Shown here piece after piece: positions 15,875 through 27,600 of a stretch of DNA of 64,000 nucleotides. Position 1 is the first letter of the stretch; every line of letters starts with the position of its first letter. The notes below the pieces were generated by a model that saw only the letters and a list, made by a program, of their open reading frames with translations, searched no databases and had not been told where the DNA came from. Position numbers and translations under genes: made by a program. Origin of the DNA: a virus; the IMG/VR virus record IMGVR_UViG_3300042862_000066, positions 1 through 64,000 of that record; one strand, 5' to 3'.

Positions 15875-18800
15875 TTATCTGAAGTTTGTTGCCTTAACCA
15901 TATTAGTAACTCCCATATCAGGTGATAAAGTTTTACCGCTTAGACCCACTGATCTAAAAAAGTATGTTAATACCTTAGATCCATCTTCCTGCATCCAATC
16001 GTACGGTCCTTCTCTCTGATCAAAGTAAGCTTTAGAGTCATCTGTTCCAAATAGATAATGCGAAGCATGCGTTCCTAGTCCCGCTATAATCTTTTTATAG
16101 TTATCCCAAGTATTAGTCATTGATACTGACTCCATACTTAGCATGTCTATATAGTTATCTGCACCGTATCCCGGTATTGGTAACCATTGCATCGACTCGT
16201 TCTTTAACTGCATTGTCATATATAAGGAATGGTTAGTAAACCAACCTCCTAGATTAAATGGTTTTTCTTTATCGCTTACTCCTAAGAAGGGTAATGGTCC
16301 TGACCTAGCGCGAAGCTTAGCAAATTTATTTTTATCATCGTAATCAAATCCAAATAGCATTGAGATAGCCATCGTCATAGCGATTACTGTTGCTACGTCC
16401 ATAATAGTTTTAAGCATTGCTGATTTCTCAGTGTCGGATAAGAACTGGGTATATTCTCCTCTGGTCTTTATCATACGCCCTACAGCTCTGATTGCTTCTA
16501 AGTGAAATCCCATTGCTGTATCTCCTACTGCGGCATCAAATCTATATCTAGGATCTCTTATAGATCCACGGAACTGCCATCTGTTTAAGAACATGCGTAG
16601 GAACCAACGCTTAAATGCAATAGCAAATCGGAAGGCTACATATCTATCGGCTTCAGCATAGTCAAACTTAGCGAAGGAACCAGCAAGATTATTTACTACA
16701 CCCTGAACTCTATTCTTGAATGTTTTAAATTTAATTCCGCCTATGCCCCACTCTGGATCCACTCCTTCTTTAAGTTGGATCTGGCCATCTACTGTTTCCC
16801 ATGCATCGATATAAGCTATTCTTATTTTTTTACCATCGACTGTTCTCTCTACAGATTTTTCATGGTTCATCATGGCGCCGAAGATAGATAGAGTTGAATT
16901 CAATTCTGTCCATTTACGGAAACTTGTCATCCAGCTTAATCCTCCTAAGGCATCCTTAGTTAAAGATCTTGATCCATGCTCTACAAACTTGTCTTGGAAT
17001 CTTCCTTGATAAGCGTCAAAGATCTCAACTAACTGAGTATCATGGGACTTAGGTCCAAACTTATAGAGCTCTAAACTTATTTCCCAGCTTACTTTATTTG
17101 ACCAGGCTACACCTTTGGCATAGTTAACGTTGTTAAAGTATTTACCTCCGGCAGCTTCAATCATAGATTGGATGCGTAAACCAAAAGAGTTCTTTAAAGC
17201 TGATGGTATATCCATAGCAAAGTATCCGAAAGCTGATGCTCTCATGATATTGTCCGCCATTTTATGAATCCATACGTTATCACTATCCTGTCCAATAACT
17301 CCTTTATTAAGTCTACCTTCAAACTCCCTTTCGACAAAGTTATCAATAGCTTTTCCCCTTACCGATTTTTCTCCTTTTCCCACTAGCTTAGTACCTTTCT
17401 CCCACATGTTGCTGATGCTATAATTCTCAAGCATCGATTTATTTAAACCCTTTACTTGTCTTACTACATTCGCATCATCTGAGAGTACGCTTTGTAATGC
17501 TCTAGCCATAGGATTCATTTCTATAAGGGCTCTTTGCTTTTCAGCAGAGATCATATAGCGTAGCATACCGTTAGTTAGGTCAAGAGATACTTCCTTCTCA
17601 TCTAAATTTGATAAACCTGTAATAGGTATTCCAGCAAATTGATCATCAAACAAATCTCCTTTGAGCATTTCTTGCTGATTGTTAAACGAATAACCTCTAT
17701 CATAGTCATCCGCTGATCCGGCGAATAATGCTTTAGTACGTTTCCACCATGAGCTAATCGGGTTTTCCATTTTACCCTCTACAGTAAACATGTTAAGCTT
17801 AGCTTCATAACCGCTACGCATAAATCTAGGGATGTCTAAGAATAGCTTTGATGGATCAGGGTTACCTTCTTGGAATTCTAAATGCCATTTCATTAAAGCA
17901 ACTAATGCTCTATGTAATGGTTTATTATTTTTTGCTACATCAAAATACTTTTCGTTAACAAATCTCTTGTCCTCTGTATCAAGTTTTGGTAACCAGTTAC
18001 CCTTATTATCCATATTAGCTAGAGTAGGGTCTCCCTTCTCTAATGCTTCTAACATGGTTACAGGTGTGGTAATATAATCATCCTTAACTATACGGTCATA
18101 ATAATTCATGTTAGGTACAGAAGGAATAGTTTCAAGAACGCCGTCAGAGTTTGTAAACTCGTGGGTCTCTAGATATTCTGCAGTACGAGGCCTAGTTACG
18201 CTCCATGCCTTTACTCTTTCTACCTTAATATATTCATTGCCTTCTTTATCGACGGCCTTTTTCATGATATGGTTTTCTTTAAACCAATCAGCAAATTCTG
18301 TGTTCTCTTCCTCTAAGAAATTTAAAAATTCTTCAGTAAGAATTTCATTAGCATTTGTTTTAGTTATGCTTTTGAATTTAAACTTCTCCATCATCTTATC
18401 CATATCTACAAGACTCATATAGTTATTGATAATATCTAGGTAGTAGTCAGTAGGTAAAGATTGTTGAAGCTCTGCTAGGTCATCGTATAATTCATACAAC
18501 CTAGTTTTATCTCCCGCTGATAATCCAAATTTAGTTTTCTTAACTATAAGATCATTAGCTCTAAGTCTTTCTTCAGGAGTTATCTCTTCATCATTCTTAA
18601 GCTTAGCAAAGAAAGAACTAAGTTCTTCATGCTCCATTGAAGTTAAACCAGAAGCTTTTGCAATGTTCTGTTTAATAATTTCAATAAGAGCCTGAGTCTT
18701 TTTAATTTCATTTACGTTCTTAACATCCATCGCTGTAGCCTCAGGCTGCATGTCATCATCACGATATGGGCTCATCAATTGATTTAGCTTCTCATATTGT

Positions 18801-21601
18801 TGAGCTAAGTCAAGTTCTATATCGGGATCTTTAGGAAGTTTTCCTAATAAAGTTTTTATCTCATCAAGGATTTCTTTTTGTTTTGCATAGAACGTATCCT
18901 TGATTTTAATTCTAGTATTTTCGTTAAGCCACTTCTCTCTTAATTTTATAAAAGGAAACGTACCACGATCATATCCTTTTTCAATAAGGAACTCTTCGTG
19001 AGCTGCTAAAGAGTTTGTAAATAGATCCGGCAATAACTCCTCTCTATATAGTTCTCGTGAAATATTTCTAAACTCTCTAAGTCTTTCTGCTATAGCTTTA
19101 CCCTCTGCATCTTTAGGTTGACCAGTTGTTGTATAGTTAGAATGTAACTGACGATACTCTCTCCATAAACCTTGTAGTTCCTCCCCAGCATCTAATCGCT
19201 CAGGGGTAGTAGAAACTCCCATACCTGTAGTAAGATTTTGAATCTTAGCTAAGACTTCATTTCTAGCTGATTCAGCTTTTGATCCAATCTCATCATCCGG
19301 CCCTTTACGGAATACCTCATACCGAGCGTAGTATTCTTTAGTATAAGGGTTGTGAAAGTATTCTCTTTCAAACTTCTGAAGATCTTGCTTTAATTTTAAA
19401 ACTTCTGTAGTATCTCCAGATGCAATGGCTGCGACTTCGGCCGCACGGATGCTATCTCGCATTCTGTCTATATCAGCACGATACTCTTTAAACGGATTTA
19501 ATAAAGTATGTACTTGACGATTTTCAAATATACCAGTCTTAGGATCTTTAGATCCCTTATTATCTAGGAATGTTACCAGTTTTCCGAACGCTGCAGGGTT
19601 AGATTGATTATAACCTGCTGCCTCAAGTAGGGGTTTGACATTACTTAAGAAAGCATTACCTTTATTTTGTGCAGATGTAAATACATCCGTCATACGATTT
19701 TTTACGTAGGTAGCAAAACCAAATACCACAGGGTCTTGGTTATATATAAATCCTTCCAAGAAAGAGTTTAAAGCATGTGCATCTCCTAGACGACCTGTCA
19801 TTAAGTACTCTATCTTTTCATCTGTAAGATATGCTCCTTCTTTATAGCTGATATCTTTAAGTCTGTTATAGAGATCATCCTCTACAGCTCCTAATTTTTC
19901 ACCGGCTTCTACTCTTCCCTTTAATGCTAGGAATTGTCTTAGAGGATCTCCCGCTAATCCCCAATAATCTTTTTGGCGCATCTCAATTATATCCTGAGAC
20001 GCCCCTCTTTTTTTCAAGTCTTCCATGATGTCACTGAATCTTTGATCGATTCTTTCCCTCATTGGTCCGATAGTCTCTTTAATAACTTCTGATGTACCGG
20101 CTAGATAAATCTTGTTCGTATTGTTACGAGCAGTTTGTATCTCAGTATTGATAGAACCGATTAATTCAAATACAGGATTACCTGTCTCAACCTCTCCATT
20201 AGCAACTCCATCGTCCAATTTCTTTTGGAAGTCTCCTAGGAAATTGTCCCAGTAGTTAATGATATTATTATAATAGAATACAGTTGCTACATTGTCTTTA
20301 GAGTTCGGGTCTTTAACTAGGGTAACCAAGTTATTATTAAGACGACGGATCATATACTTTGTACGCAGTAAGCTATTAATAAAAGCCTCTGTATGTTTTC
20401 TAGCAAACTCCATATCCTTAGCCAGCTTTCCCATCTCACTAGTTAATTCTTGAGAGATGTCTTGGTAAGGTGCTAGGTTTTTATATATCTCTTGTAAGTC
20501 AGGGCGTTGGAAAGAATCTTTAAGGACCTCTTTCATTCCTGCATAATCTTTATTCTTTTCAAGAAGTCTTATTTGTTTTTTGATCATCTCAAAGAAAAGG
20601 TTTGTACTTTTCTGAAGATCGTTTTCTGAAAAAGACTTCATTGCTTTTACGTAGTCATTTACCTCAGTAAGGTATGCTGCTACGTCTTCTGATGTTACCC
20701 CTTCCAGGTTAATATCAAACTGTTCTACTACTAACATGTCAGCGAGTTCGCTAAGTGTGGTATCAGCTTTAAGGTTTTCTACCTTTAACTTTTCTTTAGT
20801 AGTACCAAATATCTTTCTGATTAATTGCTTTAATGCAAATAATAGATTGTTAATAAACTTATTAAATGCCGAGTCTTGTTTATCTACAGCTCCTTGTGTT
20901 AAAGCAATTACCAAAGCTTCTTCAAGAATAACATTGTCATTCTCATCTAGTGTAGGGTAAGCGGCTCTAGCAGTCTGAACTATATTAGCTCCTTGAGGAG
21001 TAGACATAAGTTCTTCTACCAACTTCTTGAAGAGAGCAGGGTTACTCATTTGTATAGCCCTAACAAGAGGGTGTGCAAATTCATGTAAGACAGTCTTCTC
21101 TGTCATCAATTCTGGTACAAGATAAACTTTTCCAGCAAAGAAAAATCCAGGCTGACCTGACCAAACGTTTACATTCTTAGTTATTTCTTGAGCCTCCTGT
21201 GCTGATACAAATACAGCGGGTACCCCTAAGTTAGAGCTTAACTGCATAGCCAATAAACTAGCAGTACTCTTTGCCTTAAGCGTTGCTTGTGATTTAGTAT
21301 CAAGCTTAATAGGATCTTTCATTACCCGGTATTCTGGAAACGCATTCATTACATCTTCGAAACCTGATAAAGCGTCGGTCATAACTACTTGTCGTCCCTC
21401 ATCATTCCATACATTTAGACGATCCATTAACTCCTTAAACTCTTCCTCTGTCGGAACTACGGGCTCCTGCCCCATAGGCAAGTCTTGATTCTTAATCATG
21501 AAAGCACGTAGAACTTCTGTAGAAGCGTTGATACCTAAGCCAATACTTTTAGCGTAGTCTGTTAATGAATTTAAGGAATTTGGTAAAGGGCAGGCGCTCA
21601 T
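15875..21601 (-). CDS. giant virion/ejection protein (1908 aa) with N-terminal zincin domain and C-terminal hydrophobic helix
   Basis: VLHEFAH (21071-21085)...EEALV; IMDVATVIAMTMAISMLFG near the C-terminus; directly downstream of the vRNAP as in crAss-like three-gene blocks. Confidence 0.75.
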   Translation of the reverse strand: MSACPLPNSLNSLTDYAKSIGLGINASTEVLRAFMIKNQDLPMGQEPVVPTEEEFKELMDRLNVWNDEGRQVVMTDALSGFEDVMNAFPEYRVMKDPIKLDTKSQATLKAKSTASLLAMQLSSNLGVPAVFVSAQEAQEITKNVNVWSGQPGFFFAGKVYLVPELMTEKTVLHEFAHPLVRAIQMSNPALFKKLVEELMSTPQGANIVQTARAAYPTLDENDNVILEEALVIALTQGAVDKQDSAFNKFINNLLFALKQLIRKIFGTTKEKLKVENLKADTTLSELADMLVVEQFDINLEGVTSEDVAAYLTEVNDYVKAMKSFSENDLQKSTNLFFEMIKKQIRLLEKNKDYAGMKEVLKDSFQRPDLQEIYKNLAPYQDISQELTSEMGKLAKDMEFARKHTEAFINSLLRTKYMIRRLNNNLVTLVKDPNSKDNVATVFYYNNIINYWDNFLGDFQKKLDDGVANGEVETGNPVFELIGSINTEIQTARNNTNKIYLAGTSEVIKETIGPMRERIDQRFSDIMEDLKKRGASQDIIEMRQKDYWGLAGDPLRQFLALKGRVEAGEKLGAVEDDLYNRLKDISYKEGAYLTDEKIEYLMTGRLGDAHALNSFLEGFIYNQDPVVFGFATYVKNRMTDVFTSAQNKGNAFLSNVKPLLEAAGYNQSNPAAFGKLVTFLDNKGSKDPKTGIFENRQVHTLLNPFKEYRADIDRMRDSIRAAEVAAIASGDTTEVLKLKQDLQKFEREYFHNPYTKEYYARYEVFRKGPDDEIGSKAESARNEVLAKIQNLTTGMGVSTTPERLDAGEELQGLWREYRQLHSNYTTTGQPKDAEGKAIAERLREFRNISRELYREELLPDLFTNSLAAHEEFLIEKGYDRGTFPFIKLREKWLNENTRIKIKDTFYAKQKEILDEIKTLLGKLPKDPDIELDLAQQYEKLNQLMSPYRDDDMQPEATAMDVKNVNEIKKTQALIEIIKQNIAKASGLTSMEHEELSSFFAKLKNDEEITPEERLRANDLIVKKTKFGLSAGDKTRLYELYDDLAELQQSLPTDYYLDIINNYMSLVDMDKMMEKFKFKSITKTNANEILTEEFLNFLEEENTEFADWFKENHIMKKAVDKEGNEYIKVERVKAWSVTRPRTAEYLETHEFTNSDGVLETIPSVPNMNYYDRIVKDDYITTPVTMLEALEKGDPTLANMDNKGNWLPKLDTEDKRFVNEKYFDVAKNNKPLHRALVALMKWHLEFQEGNPDPSKLFLDIPRFMRSGYEAKLNMFTVEGKMENPISSWWKRTKALFAGSADDYDRGYSFNNQQEMLKGDLFDDQFAGIPITGLSNLDEKEVSLDLTNGMLRYMISAEKQRALIEMNPMARALQSVLSDDANVVRQVKGLNKSMLENYSISNMWEKGTKLVGKGEKSVRGKAIDNFVEREFEGRLNKGVIGQDSDNVWIHKMADNIMRASAFGYFAMDIPSALKNSFGLRIQSMIEAAGGKYFNNVNYAKGVAWSNKVSWEISLELYKFGPKSHDTQLVEIFDAYQGRFQDKFVEHGSRSLTKDALGGLSWMTSFRKWTELNSTLSIFGAMMNHEKSVERTVDGKKIRIAYIDAWETVDGQIQLKEGVDPEWGIGGIKFKTFKNRVQGVVNNLAGSFAKFDYAEADRYVAFRFAIAFKRWFLRMFLNRWQFRGSIRDPRYRFDAAVGDTAMGFHLEAIRAVGRMIKTRGEYTQFLSDTEKSAMLKTIMDVATVIAMTMAISMLFGFDYDDKNKFAKLRARSGPLPFLGVSDKEKPFNLGGWFTNHSLYMTMQLKNESMQWLPIPGYGADNYIDMLSMESVSMTNTWDNYKKIIAGLGTHASHYLFGTDDSKAYFDQREGPYDWMQEDGSKVLTYFFRSVGLSGKTLSPDMGVTNMVKATNFR

Positions 21602-21602
21602 T

Positions 21603-24600
21603 TTAACATTTTTTATTTTGTTCGATTACATCGTCATCACTAATCGGTTGTTCTTTTTGTACAACTTTACGTCCTTCTGAGAACTGTAAGTAATGAGGAT
21701 TGACATAGCCAAAGTTACGGAATAATTGTTCTGAAAGATATAGGAATGTTTGTTTAGCAACAGGAGCAAACTTAGGATTTTTAGCAAGAGGTGTATTCTC
21801 TGTGTATCCCAGCATGTACTGACCATAGCCATATTGATCGAATACTATAAATCTATTTGGCTTAGCCATTTGATTTTTAATATTAGCAATTGCCTGATCA
21901 ATTATTACTTTGTTTTCAGCAAGTGTATCATCAGTAAGCGCATCAACTAAATTTATTTTATCGCTACCTACTTTAGTAGGCCTTGTTCCTTTCTTAGTTG
22001 GTAATCCTACGGCATTAGTACCTAGACCTCTCCATACAGTATTGGTCCCGGCTGTTCCGCCTTCACCAGTTGTTGTCTCATTGTATAGAACTAAAGCATT
22101 CGGGTAGTCTGTTTTAAAAGATGCCATAGTCTCGTCAGTAAGAACACCCGTCATAGGTTGTGATATTCCATCCTTCTTCTCTAATGCATATTTAAAGGTT
22201 CTGATACCAGTTCTTGGATCTTCCACAAGAGTTACTTGAGAAAGAGTTGTGATATCATCCGCTGTTCTAACCTCTGATTTAACAGGCATTTGTTTTCCAA
22301 ACTCCATATTCCAATCTAGTTCTGGAGCAACTCCTTCTGCAGCACCGGAAAGTACATAGGCAACATTAGTCGCTCTAGATAGTGCAACATATTTCATCTG
22401 GTTTCTTTCCTCGATGTCCTGAGATTTGCTTATAGAACCAAGATCAACAAAGATGTTGGTATAGGTAGCTCCTTGAGACTTATGAATGGTATGAGAATAC
22501 CCATAGTCCAAAGTCTTTTTAATTACTGTTCTACCTTGATGTTTAATCGCACGGTCTGTTCCGAATGATTCTTTAAAGGCATAGTAGTATCTCCAAAGAC
22601 TATTCTCAACCTTAGCTAAAGACGCAAGTTTTTGTGCTTGCTCCCCTAGGTTGTCATACAGAGAGTCTTCATTGTTTCTACTTAACATAAATACTTCTAC
22701 AGGTTTAGCTCTCTTGTCAGAAATATCTTGGATTACAAGTTTGTATCCTGATCCTGAGTATGGCTGTAGTCCTGCGGCTTCTACAACATTTTTTGCAATA
22801 GGCTGATCCTCAACGTATTCTGCAGAAAGTACTACATAGTCTACTGAGTTATTAATATCATACTCGCCGTTTTTATTTTTTTTGTAGTTATCGTAACCCA
22901 TCAAAATTTCTCCAGGTACATACTCTTCAGTATAGCCTAATCCTTGACGTACTGCATTGTTATATTGCGGAACTCTTTCGTTAAGATAAGTAATAACTCT
23001 AGTGAAGTTTCTATTAGCTTTAAAGTTATCCGATCTAAAAGCATTAACAGCTGACTGTATAAATGATTTACCGCTGTCGTTAAATACGATACCTTCATTA
23101 CCATTAAGCGCTGTTCTGTGAGCGAACGCATCCTTAGTAGCATGTAGATTACCTCTAAGCGCATCTAAGATTGGGCCTAACGGATTACCAGTTGCTTGTC
23201 TTTCGACCTGAGTCAATTCAGATTTATTAGAAACCTCTCGGAATACTGGGGAATTTTCTTTTAATGTTACTTCATCAGAAGTTGAATTTGGTGCGACAGG
23301 TTTAATCTGTGCAGGGTCTCCTACAAAGATTACTTGTTGACCATCCTTCTCGGCCTTGTCTTTTATAAACTCGAATAGATCAGGGCCTATAAAAGATGAC
23401 TCATCTATAATAATAACATCTGCTGGTATAACGGGCTTCTCTTTAGCAGGAGACATGTTTAATGTATCCAAGTCTACTCTTGCTGGGTCGATGTTAGGAG
23501 CTAAAGATAAAACCGTATGAATAGTTTTAGTTTTTCTACCTACCGCCTGGGCTAGTACTCCTTTTGCTTTATGTGTAGTAGCAGTAATATCTACGCTCTT
23601 ACCAGCTTTATTTAAATAGTCTAATAAGATTTTAGTGATACTTGTTTTACCAGTACCCGCATAACCCATAAGAGTATACATGTTGTCCTCAATCGCTGAG
23701 TTCTCGTCAAAACCTTTACCTATAAATTCAGCAATATTATTAAGGGCTTCTACCTGTTGAGAGTTAGGTTGGAAACTAATACCAAGAGTATCTAGGTTAA
23801 TTGGTATTCCTCCTACTTCTATAGTTCTTGAAACACCTTCTTGATCTACGTCAACCTTTTCTGTTTCAACAGCAATCTGAGCTATAGGATCAAGATTAAT
23901 AATTCTATTTTTTCCTTCTCCTAATACAAGAGCATCTTTAGAAACATCCTCAGTATAGTTTTTAACCTTCTTGCTTAGAAAGTTATCCTTAGAATACTGA
24001 TCAGTAAACAAACCGGTGTAACTAGTAACTATAGCTTGTTGCTCAGGGACTGACTTGTTTATAAAATCGTTATAAGGTTTTTCTAATAACAAGGTTGTCA
24101 TCTCTGTAGGCAATGCTCTTACCATACTATAAGTAGTCTTAAGATCTGTACCGGTTTGTATCATTGAGAACAATGCAAATCTTTGGAAGATCTTTGAGAT
24201 GTTTTCGTTATCGGTAGGGTCACTTACTTTAGATACACTTGGGTTAGCAAGGTCTTGTAAGTTATTATGATAAACGTTTAGATCGTCAGATGTAAGTAAG
24301 GTATTAGCGAACTTTACATTTGTAATTGTAGTTGTACCATAGGGTTTTGTAAATGCTTCTAGGTTTGAAAGTATCGGGTATGTTGTAAACAATTCTGGAT
24401 ACTTAGCCTTGATACCTAATACTTGTCTACCGTAAGCACGTTCCCCATAGAACATATGACCGTGGTAGTTCAAGTTATCTAAAGCCCTGTCGCGTAACAC
24501 AGCCTCGTATGCTTTTTGATTACGATACGGTTCTGATTCGTCTACGTTAAAAGATTTAAAGTACTTATTAAATTCTTCAGTAGCTTTAATAGCGTCTTCA

Positions 24601-27600
24601 GAATTCTCGGCGTAAGACCTAAGAGTTTCTCTCTCGAATAAAAACTTAGTAAATAACTTAAGGCCTGTCTTCTCATCGTAAAAATCGAATACAGTTTGAT
24701 CTACTGGGGCAGATGTTTCCCATTGCAAGGGATTACTATATGCACCAGATTCAAATAAGTTTTTAATCGTAGCATAATCTGCATAAATCTTATCGCCTTT
24801 AATAGCTACTCCTGATGTAAGACTTGTTACTTCTCTTACATCTCTGCTTACATCCTTACCTTGGTAAGTAGTAGGGTTAGTGCTAAAGTTATAGTAGTCT
24901 TGTTGGAACAAGAAGCTCATCAAGTCATTTCTGAAAGTTCTTTGGAATGTTTCATCATCCTGACCAGTCTTCTTCTTGATACCCATAATTGGTACAAGAC
25001 CATCTTTCTGTTTAGCGTATACGTAATTTAGAGTTGCGTTCATAGCCTGACTATCGCGCAGTGGGAATAGTCGGTTATACTGTTCAATAATAAAATCTTG
25101 AATCTTAAATGCACTAATAGGTGATTCATCAGCAATCTTTCTAATTGACTCTCTGCTAATACCATTACTAACTGTCTCCATTTTTTCTAACTTCATGCGA
25201 GCATCCCATAAGGTACTTGTCTTATCGTTATCAAATTTAAGAGCCTGTGTAAGTTGTGTAACCTGTCCTGCCATTTCTTGGATCTCAACAAAGTGTGCAA
25301 ATACAGCTTTGTCTGCTTCAGTATATCCTGCAAGTCTAGATGCTTTCATGTTAGTCTCTAGATTATTCTCATCAAATAAACTAGGTTGCGAAGCGTACTC
25401 TCTTAGTAAGTTAAATACTTTAGACTTGTCATAACGACCCTTATCGTTTAGATACTCGCCCGGAGTTGCTGTAAAATCTCCAGACTCAAATAAGATAGTA
25501 TTACGCGCTTCAATTCTGTAGAACATACCTACATCTTTATATCCTACTGGGACCGCAAACTGACTCTTAAGTTTTCTTTGAAGTTCAATATAGTCTCGGA
25601 TAATAGGCTGTGATACAAAGTACACAGCTTGCTTAACTGGTACGCCTGCCTGAATCATAAATAACAATGAAGGTATAACCTCCTTGTTACCTTGGATGTC
25701 AAAGATCCATGCGTCTTTAGCAACGTCTACTGCTCCATTAATCATTTGGTTAATGATATCAGCAACACGATTACTTAAGTCAGCAGAGTAAGCAGACGAT
25801 AAAGATATCTTGTTATCTATCTCATTATGAGGCAAGTATAGTTCTTGAGTCATAAATACGGGCTGACCTTTTCCGTCAGTCGTAAGAATTCTAGTAGTAT
25901 CCATTACAAGACCTGTTCTTGCAAACAAGGTATTGAATGTATTATTAACTGCAATGATACCAAGTACTGCTTTACCTACGCTATTAGCCTGATGCTTGTA
26001 CAAGTTTCGGCCTAATTCAAATATTTCAGTAGGAGACTTCTTAGATCCCGGCGCTTCTCCGCGGATCTGTTCTGCCATTGTATTAGCAATAGGCTTAAGA
26101 ATGTCTGTACCGTTAGGAGTAATAAGGTTGATAAAGTTTTCAGGCATAGATAAGATATCTACGCTGTCTGCTATTAATGCATTCTCTATACCCTTAACGT
26201 TGTCTCCTTTGGCTAAAGAAACAATAGTTTGTTCTGTACCAAAGTTCTCAATAAAATCATAGATAGTTTGTTCGTCCTCACTAAGAGGGTTCTCAAACTC
26301 CATCATCTTAAAGATATTTTTTATTTCATCTCTAGTTACTTTTCGTCCCATCTCTTCAGATAGAGACTCAAGTGTTGAATCAGATACTGTTTTTACTACA
26401 GCCTTAATGTTAGGCATCATAGTAAACATCTTATCGATGTCAAAGTCACCACCTGATTTAGCTACAATCTCTGCTGGAAGAATTACAATGTTGCCAGATT
26501 CCTCTGGTAAGAATTCAAATACCTCCATGAACTCCATAGAGTTAAGACCCTGTACTGGAATACGTGCGGCTACCATAGTAACCATTGCTCTGTTATCTCC
26601 ATCGCTTAACCAAGACTCCTGTTTGATTAAAGTATTAAGCGCTTTCAATGGTGTAGTACCATCTTGCTGAGCTTTCTTTAATACGTCATCTCTCTTAAGT
26701 AAGTTTTTAAAACTTCCCTGTAAAGAGATTTTAACTTTTATTGCTTTGGTACCGATAACATTTTTGTTCTCATCGAGTATCTCTTCGTAGAACGTTAGAC
26801 CATTTGTACCGTACTGTTTAATTTCTTTTTCAGTAGCATTACGCATGTTCTTATTAGCATCTTCAAATCCTACTCCAGATACCTGTACTAACGCCTCACC
26901 ATTAATCTTTTGATTAATTAATCGTTTCTGAATAACACCTACTAGTAGTTTTTCTATCTTATCTACCGATAAAGAAAGTTCCAAGCTGTTCTTAAGTTCT
27001 CCTGTCTGACCATCGTAGTCAATAAAGTTTAATTCATGCTCAGCAAGTTCTTGTCTAGTAAGTTCGCGTTTAACAAACGCGATAAGATCTTCCATGTTGT
27101 TACCAATCTCCTTACGCAGTTGATCTTTTTTAATCTCTACTAAACGAGCAAGGTTGGCTTCATACTTAAGAAGCTTCGTGTAATTTTTAGAATCAATTTC
27201 TTGACCGCTTTCTAAAGCTTGTTCCCAAGCTAGTACTCTTTCTGTGGCATCTTTTATGTCTGGTCTCCAGTCTGTCGGAACGCCATTCTCCATTAAGCCG
27301 TCCTCGATAAGTTTACGAAGCTGAGTAGAGAAAGTAACCTTCTCGTTAAAGTGATCGTGTACTTCCAACTGATCTTTAAAGTAATCCATAAAGATTTCGT
27401 TAGGAGTAAACTCGTAACCCTCTTCGTCAATAGCTAAAGTTTTATCTCTATTGCTACTAGCATCTTTATAAAACTTATCAGCTGTACCATTCTTAGTAAG
27501 AGTATTGATTTTAGATCCAGAGTTTAACAAAGCATAGTCTACACCTTGTTCTAACATCTTTTTCTGTAATGCCTCTAAGTTCTTACCCTGAATTAAATTA

